Source of the DNA: an uncultured bacterium
GTDB taxonomy: Bacteria > Gemmatimonadota > Gemmatimonadetes > Gemmatimonadales > Gemmatimonadaceae
Assembly: GCA_963978095.1 (NCBI GenBank)
Contig: CAXBQP010000044.1
Location: 1-27,608 of the forward strand
DNA length: 27,608 bases
Reading direction: 5' to 3'
Shown: one piece after another, positions 8,853 through 17,165 of the stretch
How positions within the stretch are numbered: the first letter of the stretch is position 1
Layout of the letters: every line of letters begins with the position of its first letter
Notes under the pieces: model-generated
Seen by the model: only the letters and a program-made list of their open reading frames with translations
What the model was told of the DNA's origin: nothing
The model's database searches: none
Made by a program: the position numbers and the translations under genes

Positions 8853-9989
8853 TTACCGCTCGGAGAAGGTGGTGATCGTCATGGTCTGGTTGTGCAACTC
8901 GCACCGGGCGGACGAGGAGAATGGCGAGATCTCCCCGTACGAGTAGAACCCACCGAGCACGGTGTCCGCGCCCAGCACCTCGCGCACGCTCTCCACCTCC
9001 TCCTCGACGCGCTGCTTGAGCACCAGCTTGCGGCCGACGCAGCTGATGAGAATGGCCACCGACGCCGTGTTCCCGGCGAGCGGCTCGATGCTGGCGTCGG
9101 CCGCGCCGTGCGCGCCGTCGATCAAGCGGTCGACGTTGGCCTTCATCAGGCGGGCCTGCGCCCCCTCTGGCATGTCGCCGGCGAAGGTGAGACTGCCGGC
9201 GGCTTCATCGATGCCGAGAATGGTGCGCACGATGCGGCGATCCCCCTCACCCGCGATGCTCAAGGGAAACAGCAGGCCGCTCGAGGGCAGATCGGCGGCA
9301 TGCGGTCCGAGATAGGACTTGTACAGATCGAGTGCCGGGCTGCCGTCGAGCTCGTAGAGCACGTTGCCCGACGCGCGCGTGATGGTGCGATCCGGCCCGA
9401 AGGAATCCCAGCCGCCCATCGATCCGTACCCGACCCGCAACCGGTCGCCGTAGAATGCCAGGCCGACGACGGCGCCGCTGAGCACTTCGCCGTCGACGCA
9501 CACCAGCGTTTGTTCGAACTTGGCGGCATCACCCGCCAGACCGCCCGTGACGGCGACCCGGGCGGGCAGGCTGTCGCGGAGCCCTCGCACGAGTTCAGTG
9601 CCGTTGATGTTGAGCCCTTCGGCAAGGACGAACAGATGACTCAGGCCTTCGCCCGCCAGTTCGTGCGCGAGTTTCGCGCCCGCTTCGGCACTCTCGGAGG
9701 CGGTGGCGAGACGCACGTGCGCGATCCGAATCGTCGCATGCTCGAGTTCCATGGCCGTCGCGACCACGGTGTCGTCGGTGACCTCGACGCCGGAGATCTC
9801 CCCCGAGGTGCTGCACCCGATCTGGCGCGCGTCGGGATAGAGGGCGCGGAGCGCCTGCAGGACATCCCCCTGCCCCAGAGCGTTCCGAGCGCCGAAGAGG
9901 ATCACGACCTGTGGGTTCCGCACGCCGGCGCCGGACAGGGGCTCCGACCATCCCCCGTGACGTGTCCATCGACGTTGCTCGACGCGCAT
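8853..9989 (-). CDS. FIST (FIST_N + FIST_C) sensory protein, NosP-like
   Basis: GCSTSGEI, VTGGLAGD, GNVLYELDGSPALDLYKSYLG, LISCVGR, GFYSYGEI and LHNQT motifs. Start at the ATG at 9989 with GGAG 8 nt upstream. Confidence 0.92.
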   Translation of the reverse strand: MRVEQRRWTRHGGWSEPLSGAGVRNPQVVILFGARNALGQGDVLQALRALYPDARQIGCSTSGEISGVEVTDDTVVATAMELEHATIRIAHVRLATASESAEAGAKLAHELAGEGLSHLFVLAEGLNINGTELVRGLRDSLPARVAVTGGLAGDAAKFEQTLVCVDGEVLSGAVVGLAFYGDRLRVGYGSMGGWDSFGPDRTITRASGNVLYELDGSPALDLYKSYLGPHAADLPSSGLLFPLSIAGEGDRRIVRTILGIDEAAGSLTFAGDMPEGAQARLMKANVDRLIDGAHGAADASIEPLAGNTASVAILISCVGRKLVLKQRVEEEVESVREVLGADTVLGGFYSYGEISPFSSSARCELHNQTMTITTFSER

Positions 9990-10141
9990 CAGTGGCACTC
10001 CGGCGTGGGTGAGGAAGGGCGACGCACTGTCAAGATAGACCCGTCGGCACGGTTGCGGCGAGAGGGGGGTGGGGCGTGCGCGTGGATGCGGACCGCCCGG
10101 CGGCGTAGATTCCGACCGTCACCCACCGGAGAAGAATCGCG

Positions 10142-11833
10142 ATGTCCACCGTCGACCCCCACGCCTTCCCGCGCGAGACTCGTCGGGAGTTCGTCGCCAA
10201 AACGTTGATGCTGGGAGCGGCGGCGATGTTGGCGCCGGACGGGATGTCGGCGGAATCGGCGCCCGGTCAGCGCCGGGACGCGAGCGGCGTCGCGAGCGGC
10301 GTCGCGAGCGGCCCCACGCTGGGGACGGCGCCACAGGACTCGCCGTTCGAGAAATCCGTGAGCGAGCTCCAGGCCATGATGACACGGGGCGCACTGACGT
10401 CGCGGACGCTGACCGAGTTCTATCTCGCGCGCCTTGATACGTTGGACGCCAAGGGCCCGACGGTCAACAGCGTGATCGAGCGGAACCCCGACGCCCTGAC
10501 GATCGCGGACGCACTGGATGCGGAGCGCGCCGCGGGGCGCCTGCGGGGGCCGTTGCATGGCATCCCGGTACTCATCAAGGACAACATCGACACGGCCGAC
10601 CGAATGCACACGACGGCCGGGTCGCTCGCCCTCGCGACCAGCATCGCCCCCAAGGACGCGTTCATCGTACAGCGCCTCCGGGCCGCCGGCGCCGTGATCC
10701 TGGGCAAGACGAACCTGAGCGAGTGGGCCAATTATCGTTCCACCCGCAGCACCAGCGGTTGGAGCGGACGCGGCGGCCAGACGAAGAACCCGTACGTCCT
10801 CGACCGGAATCCCTGCGGCTCGAGCTCGGGGACGGGGGCGGCGATCGCGGCGGATTTCGCGGCGGTCGGCATCGGGACCGAGACCGACGGATCGATCATC
10901 TGCCCGTCGTCGATGAACGGTCTGGTGGGGTTGAAGCCGACGGTCGGGCTGTGGAGCCGCGCCGGGATCATCCCGATCTCCAGTTCGCAGGACACGGCGG
11001 GCCCGATGGGGCGCACGGTGGCCGACGTGGCGGTGTTGCTCGGCCTCCTCACCGGCGTCGACACGCGCGACGGCGCGACCGCCGCCAGCAAGGGGAAGTC
11101 CCGTGACGACTACACCACCGCCCTGAAGGCCGATGGGCTGCGCGGTGCGCGGATCGGGGTGGCGCGCAACCTGGCCGGTTTCAACGACACGGTGGACGCC
11201 CGATTCGAAGCCGCCATCGATGCCATGGCCAAGGCGGGCGCCGTCATCGTGGACAAGGCCAACCTGACCACGGTCGGGCAGTTCGACGACGCGGAATCGC
11301 TCGTCCTGGACTATGAGTTCAAAGCCGGCGTCAACGCCTACCTCGCGTCGCTTGGCGCGGCCGCACCGGTCAAATCGCTCACCGAACTGATTGCGTGGAA
11401 TGAGAAGAATGCGGCGCGCGAGATGCCGTGGTTCGCGCAGGAGATCTTCGTGCGCGCGAACGCGCGTGGCGCGTTGACCGATCGCGCGTACTTCGACGCA
11501 CGGGCCCGGTGCGTCCGCTTGGCACGCACCGAGGGGATCGATGCCGTCATGGCGGCGCATCGCCTCGACGCGATCATCTGCCCGTCCAATCAGCCCGCGT
11601 GGCCCACCGACCCACTCAACGGCGACCACTTCACCGGCGGCAACACGTCGTTCGCGGCGGTGGCGGGCTACCCGAGCATCACCGTGCCGATGGGGTTCGA
11701 CCACGAGCTGCCGCTGGGCCTCTCGTTCATCGGCAGGGCGTGGAGCGAAGCGACGCTGCTCACGCTCGCGTACGGATTCGAACAGAAGACGCGCGCACGT
11801 CGGGCGCCGCAGTTCCTGTCGACGCTCGGCTGA
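10142..11833 (+). CDS. Amidase-signature family amidase (peptide amidase-like), Tat-exported
   Basis: Tat motif TRREFV; catalytic Lys in GIPVLIKDNI; GKTNLSEWAN; CGSSSG; GTETDGSI. Confidence 0.92.
   Translation: MSTVDPHAFPRETRREFVAKTLMLGAAAMLAPDGMSAESAPGQRRDASGVASGVASGPTLGTAPQDSPFEKSVSELQAMMTRGALTSRTLTEFYLARLDTLDAKGPTVNSVIERNPDALTIADALDAERAAGRLRGPLHGIPVLIKDNIDTADRMHTTAGSLALATSIAPKDAFIVQRLRAAGAVILGKTNLSEWANYRSTRSTSGWSGRGGQTKNPYVLDRNPCGSSSGTGAAIAADFAAVGIGTETDGSIICPSSMNGLVGLKPTVGLWSRAGIIPISSSQDTAGPMGRTVADVAVLLGLLTGVDTRDGATAASKGKSRDDYTTALKADGLRGARIGVARNLAGFNDTVDARFEAAIDAMAKAGAVIVDKANLTTVGQFDDAESLVLDYEFKAGVNAYLASLGAAAPVKSLTELIAWNEKNAAREMPWFAQEIFVRANARGALTDRAYFDARARCVRLARTEGIDAVMAAHRLDAIICPSNQPAWPTDPLNGDHFTGGNTSFAAVAGYPSITVPMGFDHELPLGLSFIGRAWSEATLLTLAYGFEQKTRARRAPQFLSTLG
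10279..10312 (+). repeat. In-frame 12-bp tandem repeat (CGCGAGCGGCGT, about 2.8 copies) in the amidase N-terminal linker
   Basis: CGCGAGCGGCGT CGCGAGCGGCGT CGCGAGCGGC, encoding ASGV-ASGV-ASG. Confidence 0.85.
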
Positions 11834-11850
11834 TGCGCTCGCCGACCGGC

Positions 11851-12399
11851 TCAGCGCATCGCGCGGAGCTGGTCGGCGAGCGCCGGGAAGTCCCGTTCTG
11901 CCGCCAGGTCGGCAGGCGTCCGCCCGTCGTGCATCGCCGCCTGCGGGTCTGCGCCCCCCGCACGGAGCAGCGCGACGAACCGCTCGCTGCCGCGGGAGGC
12001 CGCGATATGGAGCGGCGTGATCCCCGAAGCGCCCGTCGCGCCCACGTTGGCGCCGCGTGCGACCAAGAGTTCCACCAGCGCCGGGTTCCCCGCCCCGGCG
12101 AGTGCCGCATGCAACGGGCGGTTCGCCTCCCGCCCCGTGGAAATGGCCTCCACAGCCGCGCCGCGCTCCAGGAGCCAGCGCGCGGCGTCCACATGACCGT
12201 AGAAGCCGGCCAGATGGAGCGGGCTCCATCCGTCGCGGCTACGTCCATTAACCGTGGCCGGCGCCCGGTCATAGGCGACCGACATGGCCTCGAGGTCACC
12301 GACGGCGGCGGCGTCGCAGAGCTCCTGCGCGAGTAACGTGTCCGTCCCCGTCGCTTCGCGTGCACGAATCGCCGCCAGATCGTCGTCGCTCGTCGCCAT
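11851..12399 (-). CDS. Ankyrin repeat protein
   Basis: Repeats DGWSPLHLA, NRPLHAAL, GITPLHIAA and GRTPADLA, with LLERGA / LVARGANV turns. Confidence 0.9.
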   Translation of the reverse strand: MATSDDDLAAIRAREATGTDTLLAQELCDAAAVGDLEAMSVAYDRAPATVNGRSRDGWSPLHLAGFYGHVDAARWLLERGAAVEAISTGREANRPLHAALAGAGNPALVELLVARGANVGATGASGITPLHIAASRGSERFVALLRAGGADPQAAMHDGRTPADLAAERDFPALADQLRAMR

Positions 12400-12512
12400 C
12401 AGTCCTCCGGTATCAGGTACGAAACGGGGCTCCCTCGCCGCGTCGCCGAGAACGGTGCATCTTCAGGCGTTGGGTCCGCAACCCCGTCCGTCGCCCCCTA
12501 CCCGTTCCGCCC

Positions 12513-14081
12513 ATGCGATCGTTCCGTCGCGCCATCGTCGCGCTGTGCTGCGCCCTCCCCTCCGCACTCGTGGCGCAGGGGACGGCGGCCCCTCCTCCGG
12601 ACTTCGACGCCTACGTCGCGAAGGTGCTCGCGACCTTCCGCGTCCCCGGTGTCGCGGTCGCGATCGTGAAGGATGGGAAGGTCGTTCTGGCCAAGGGCTA
12701 CGGGGTGCGCACGTTGGGCAAGCCCGACCCCGTGGATTCGCTCACCCGGTTCGGGATCGCTTCCAACACCAAGGCCTTCACCGCGACGGCGCTCGCGATT
12801 CTCGTCGAGCGCGGGAAGTTGCGGTGGGACGAGCCGGTCCGCACCTATCTCCCGGACTTCGCGATGTACGACCCGTTCGTCACGCGTGCGATCACGGTGC
12901 GTGATCTGCTGGTGCACCGTAGCGGACTCGGACTCGGGGCCGGCGACCTGCTGTGGTGGCCAGCCTCGACCTACACCCGCGCGGAGATCGCGCAGCGACT
13001 TCGCTACATCAAACCGGCGACCTCGTTCCGCAGCGCCTACGCCTACGACAATGTGCTGTATCTCGTCGCCGGGCAGCTCATCGAGAAGATCAGCGGGATG
13101 TCGTGGGAGACCTTCATGAGCACCGAGTTGCTGCAACCGCTCGGGATGTCACACAGCACGGTGCGACACGCGGATGCGGCCTCCGGCGGAAATGTGGCAA
13201 CCACGCACGCTGAAGTGGAGGGCCAGGTCGTGGCGGTCCCCCCGATGACGAGCGACAACACGAATCCGGCCGGAGGGATCAACGCGGGAGCGGCGGACAT
13301 CGCTCGCTGGATGATCACGCAGCTCGACTCGGGACGCACACCCCAGGGCGCCCGGCTCTGGTCGCCGGCCTCGTCGCGTGAACTCTGGACCGGCGTCACG
13401 CCGATGCCGATCGACGGTACGCCGCCATCGCTGGCCCCGCTCCACCCGAGTTTCAACCTGTACGGCCTCGGCTTCGGGGTCCGCGACTATCGTGGCCACA
13501 AGATGCTCTCCCACACGGGTGGTCTGCCCGGTTACGTCTCCGAGATTCTCATGCTGCCCGACCAGCGGGTCGGCGTGGCGGTCTTCACGAACCAGGAATC
13601 CTCGGCCGCGTTCCGTTCGATCACCCTCGCGGTCCTGGACCATTGCCTCGGGGTGCAACCGGCGTGGGATTGGCTTGGCGCGTACCGGGCGCTCGACGCC
13701 GAATCGCGCGCGGCCTTGGCCACGGCTACGGTCCAGGAGACGGCACGCGACACCACGGTCCGCCCGAGTCTTGTGCTCGCGAAATACACCGGGACTTACA
13801 CGGACCGCTGGTACGGCGATGTCACGGTCGGCCTGCGCGACAGGCACCTGACGATGGCGTTCTCGCACAGTCCGGAGCTCACGGGGACATTGGAGCATCA
13901 GAAAGGCAACGCCTTCATCGTTCGCTGGAAGGACCGCTCCCTGCGCGCCGATGCGGTGGTGACCTTCGATGTCCAACAGGGCGCCGTGACGCGCATCCGG
14001 ATGGTCCCCACGCCCGGCGTCGATTTCAGCTTCGACTTCCAAGACCTCGACCTGCGACCCAAGGGGAGCGGCCGCAGGTAA
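12513..14081 (+). CDS. Beta-lactamase-family (AmpC-like, S12) serine hydrolase with a C-terminal DUF3471-like domain; exported
   Basis: SxxK (ASNTK), YxN (YDN), HTGG and LLVHRSG; C-terminal YTGTYTDRWYG; signal peptide MRSFRRAIVALCCALPSALVAQ from the ATG at 12513. Confidence 0.9.
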   Translation: MRSFRRAIVALCCALPSALVAQGTAAPPPDFDAYVAKVLATFRVPGVAVAIVKDGKVVLAKGYGVRTLGKPDPVDSLTRFGIASNTKAFTATALAILVERGKLRWDEPVRTYLPDFAMYDPFVTRAITVRDLLVHRSGLGLGAGDLLWWPASTYTRAEIAQRLRYIKPATSFRSAYAYDNVLYLVAGQLIEKISGMSWETFMSTELLQPLGMSHSTVRHADAASGGNVATTHAEVEGQVVAVPPMTSDNTNPAGGINAGAADIARWMITQLDSGRTPQGARLWSPASSRELWTGVTPMPIDGTPPSLAPLHPSFNLYGLGFGVRDYRGHKMLSHTGGLPGYVSEILMLPDQRVGVAVFTNQESSAAFRSITLAVLDHCLGVQPAWDWLGAYRALDAESRAALATATVQETARDTTVRPSLVLAKYTGTYTDRWYGDVTVGLRDRHLTMAFSHSPELTGTLEHQKGNAFIVRWKDRSLRADAVVTFDVQQGAVTRIRMVPTPGVDFSFDFQDLDLRPKGSGRR

Positions 14082-14112
14082 TCCCTACGCACCAGGGCGA
14101 CGGAGCCTCCAG

Positions 14113-15867
14113 GTGAACATCCTCCTGATCCACGGCATCGGACATTGCGATGCCGACGCGGACTACTATCAGCCGTGGCGCACCGCGATCGCCGAAGGAC
14201 TCCGCGCCGCGGGAGCGACGGCAACGCCGGTGTTCGCCGAGTTCACCTACGATGCCCTGTTTGCCGAACGCCACGCCGGCCCCGCGCTGTACGCGCAAGC
14301 GCTGAGCGAACTCGCGGGCAGCGTCGCCCTGCATGCGCTGCACGACGCCGGAAGACTCGGCACCGATGCGACCCGAGCCTTTGAGTCCCCCGCGGACTGG
14401 ATGCAATGGCGGCTGGGGATGGTCGCGCAGTTCGTGGTCGAGGGGGAGTTGCGGCGCGCGCTGCGCGCGCGGCTGCACCTCGCGATCCGACGGACGACGC
14501 CGGACCTGATCGTGGCGCACAGCCTCGGCTCGCTGCTCGCGTTCGACTATCTGTGCAACGATTCCCGCGCGGCGCTCCCCGCGACGACATTGTTGAGCTT
14601 CGGATCGCAGATCGGGAACCTCTTCGTGCGGAATCGCCTCTGGCCGGGACGATTTACCCTGCCGCCGGTCAAGCAGTGGTTCCATCTGTTCAATCCGCAG
14701 GATCGCGTCTTCACGGCGGAGGTCCCGATCACGGATGACCCGCGGTTCATCGCCGTGGACACCTCGAGCGCGGCCGGACATGCGCCGACCCGCACCGTGG
14801 ATGGCGCGGGCTACCTGGACCATCCGGCCACCGCGCGCGCGGTGTGGCCGGTCCTCGCGAGCGCCGCGGCCGGCCGGGAGTTCACGCGCGCAGCCCTGGT
14901 GCGCCACCGGTCGCGGCGCACGCCGCACCGTCGCGCGCTGTTGATCGGGATCAACGCGTATCCCGACCCGTCGCATCGACTCGCAGGCTGCGTGAATGAC
15001 ACCTTCCTCGCGTCGCGCGTGCTGCAGGAGCGCGGCTTCGAAGCCGCCGACATCCGCGTCCTGCTGGACGCGCGAGCGACGGCCGGCGCGATTCGCGATC
15101 GACTCGAATGGCTGTTCGACGGGGCCGACGACGGCTGCGAACGGGTGCTGTTCTACAGTGGGCACGGCGCGCAGCTGCCGGGCTACTCGGCCGCCGAGTC
15201 GGTCGACCATGTCGATGAATGTCTCGTGCCCTACGATTTTGATTGGTCGCTCGACCGTGCCATCACCGACAACGATTTCTTCCGCCGCTACAGCGAGCTC
15301 CCATTCAGCGCACGGTTCTCGGCGATCCTCGACTGCTGTCACGCCGGTGGGATGACGCGCGACGGCGGACCACGGATCCGCGGACTCACGCCGCCCGACG
15401 ACATCCGGCATCGCCTCATGCACTGGGACCAGCGCCGAGAATCCTGGCAGCCTCGTACGCTGGCACCGATCAGCCTCCGCTACCAGCGCGAGCGCGACGG
15501 GCGGATGGCCGGCGCCAACCGTGCGACGTATCGCTTGGGACGGGGGATGGCGCTCCGCGGCCCGCTCTCACGCGCAACGGAACGCGCGCTGATCCGGCAG
15601 AAGCGCGGATTGTATCTCCCCGTGCTGTTCGAGGCGTGCGGCGAACAGGAACTCGCGCACGAGTACCGGCACGGGTCGGAGTCGTACGGCGCCTTCACCT
15701 GGTCGTTGGCGAACGTGCTGCGCCGCCAGCCACGCCTGACCTGGCACCAGCTGCACGCCGCCGTCACCGACGAACTGTCAGCGCTGGGGTTCGGCCAGCA
15801 TCCCGAACTGGTCGGCCCCAGAAACCCGCTCACCCGCCGGGCGCTGACCGCCGGCGCTCGGCGCTAG
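14113..15867 (+). CDS. Fusion of an N-terminal alpha/beta hydrolase (lipase-like) and a C-terminal caspase-family peptidase (C14, metacaspase-like)
   Basis: N-terminal half: LLIHGIG, nucleophile elbow VAHSLGS, LLSFGSQI, NPQDRV, GH...YLDHP. C-terminal half: RRALLIGINAY, LAGCVND, FYSGHG, DECLVPYD, ILDCCHAGG, ACGEQELAHE, YGAFTWSL, QHP. GTG start with GGAG 7 nt upstream; no signal peptide. Confidence 0.88.
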   Translation: MNILLIHGIGHCDADADYYQPWRTAIAEGLRAAGATATPVFAEFTYDALFAERHAGPALYAQALSELAGSVALHALHDAGRLGTDATRAFESPADWMQWRLGMVAQFVVEGELRRALRARLHLAIRRTTPDLIVAHSLGSLLAFDYLCNDSRAALPATTLLSFGSQIGNLFVRNRLWPGRFTLPPVKQWFHLFNPQDRVFTAEVPITDDPRFIAVDTSSAAGHAPTRTVDGAGYLDHPATARAVWPVLASAAAGREFTRAALVRHRSRRTPHRRALLIGINAYPDPSHRLAGCVNDTFLASRVLQERGFEAADIRVLLDARATAGAIRDRLEWLFDGADDGCERVLFYSGHGAQLPGYSAAESVDHVDECLVPYDFDWSLDRAITDNDFFRRYSELPFSARFSAILDCCHAGGMTRDGGPRIRGLTPPDDIRHRLMHWDQRRESWQPRTLAPISLRYQRERDGRMAGANRATYRLGRGMALRGPLSRATERALIRQKRGLYLPVLFEACGEQELAHEYRHGSESYGAFTWSLANVLRRQPRLTWHQLHAAVTDELSALGFGQHPELVGPRNPLTRRALTAGARR

Positions 15868-17051
15868 TTCCTGATCGGCCAGGCGCGCAGCATCACCGCG
15901 CCATGCGGCGGCACATTCACGCCGTAGCCGCCGCCGGTGACGGTGGTGTCCTTATGGGCCCAGAGATCGCGCACGCGGGTGTTCGTTCCCTTCACGCCGA
16001 TCCGCGCCCAGTTGGCGTTGATGCGCGCCGGAACATTCGCGCGATTCAGGAGCACCACCGCGTGAGACCCATCCTTCAGCGGCTTGGCCCAGACCTGCAG
16101 TTCGCTCCGGCTGTTGCTGACCATGCGCCCTTGCACGCCGAGTGAATCCTGGTCCACGGCGATCACCTCGCGGTTCAGCAGCACCTCGCGCGCGATCCGC
16201 GACTCGCGGCTCGAGTCATTCATGGTGCGCACATCGTTCCCCGCCAGGAGTGGCGCGGCCGCGATCGCCCAGAGACTCATGTGCGCCCGCGATTCGTCGC
16301 GTGAAAGTCCGCCGTTGCCGACCTCGAGCATGTCGGGGTCGTTCCAGGCACCCGGCATGGCGTCGTTGGCGAACTGCGCGTTGAGATCGAAGTTCGCAAT
16401 CATGCTGTCCCAGGTGTCGCTGATGTCACCGGTGGTGCGCCAGAGGTTCCCGATCGCCGGCGCCCACTCGTACGGGTGATTTTGCCCCCACTCGCAGATG
16501 CTGAAGACGATCGGTCGTCCGCTCGTGGCGAGCGCATCGCGCAGTTTCGCATATTGCGTAGGCGCGTCGAGCCCCTCGGCATTGCACCAATCGATCTTGA
16601 CGTAGTCCACTCCCCACCGGGCATACGTCTTGGCGTCGATCTCCTCGTAGCCGTAGGATCCGGGACGCCCTTCGCACGTCTTGCGACCGGCGTCGGTGTA
16701 GATGCCGAACTTCAGCCCTTTGCTGTGCACGTAATCCGCGAGCGGCTTGATGCCACCGGGAAAGCGCACCGAATCCGCGACAATCATCCCCTTCGCGTCG
16801 CGCGCGACCTGCCAACAGTCGTCGATCACGACGTATTGATAGCCGGCGTCCCGCATTCCGTTGGCGGCCATGGAATCGGCAACGCCACGAATGAGCGCCG
16901 AACTCACGTTGCAGCCGAAATGATTCCAACTGTTCCACCCCATCGGCGGGGTGAGGGCGAGGCCGTTCGCGAGACGTGCCGGGCGGAAGGCCGCGAATAC
17001 CAGAACCACCCCGACGACGCCCAGCACCACGCTGCCGACGCGCCGAACCAT
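15864..17051 (-). CDS. Glycoside hydrolase family 27 alpha-galactosidase; exported
   Basis: NGLALTPPMGWNSWN, IDDCW, GLKFGIY, YVKIDWC (nucleophile Asp), WRTTGDI (acid/base Asp), WNDPDMLEVG and a C-terminal beta domain. Start at the ATG at 17051 with AGGAG upstream; alternative start 17084. Confidence 0.95.
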   Translation of the reverse strand: MVRRVGSVVLGVVGVVLVFAAFRPARLANGLALTPPMGWNSWNHFGCNVSSALIRGVADSMAANGMRDAGYQYVVIDDCWQVARDAKGMIVADSVRFPGGIKPLADYVHSKGLKFGIYTDAGRKTCEGRPGSYGYEEIDAKTYARWGVDYVKIDWCNAEGLDAPTQYAKLRDALATSGRPIVFSICEWGQNHPYEWAPAIGNLWRTTGDISDTWDSMIANFDLNAQFANDAMPGAWNDPDMLEVGNGGLSRDESRAHMSLWAIAAAPLLAGNDVRTMNDSSRESRIAREVLLNREVIAVDQDSLGVQGRMVSNSRSELQVWAKPLKDGSHAVVLLNRANVPARINANWARIGVKGTNTRVRDLWAHKDTTVTGGGYGVNVPPHGAVMLRAWPIRN

Positions 17052-17165
17052 GCGGAGATCTCCTGCCTGCGATTGATGGGTCATGGACGTTCAGGCTTGA
17101 GGAAGTGAAAGGGTGTCAGGGGCGACACCGGACCGCCACGCGCGAGGCATCGGGCCGCGGCGGGA

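Noticed and set aside
9989..12229. 746-aa minus-strand ORF and other long shadow ORFs (e.g. 423-1499, 3826-5043, 8805-10208, 14026-15423, 22045-23460, 24930-26330)
   Set aside because: They lie antisense or off-frame to well-supported genes, are low-complexity Arg/Gly/Ala and show no family motifs.
12513..14081. Class C beta-lactamase resistance gene
   Set aside because: HTG instead of KTG and an extra C-terminal domain indicate the broad S12 peptidase/esterase group; nothing supports resistance.
11851..15867. Ankyrin protein and caspase fusion as one defence operon
   Set aside because: They are on opposite strands and separated by an exported hydrolase; there is no sequence evidence of linkage.
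14082..15870. Mobile element boundaries around the hydrolase-caspase gene
   Set aside because: No terminal repeats, target duplication, integrase or transposase seen; the 4-nt CTAG overlap with GH27 is an ordinary convergent stop overlap.
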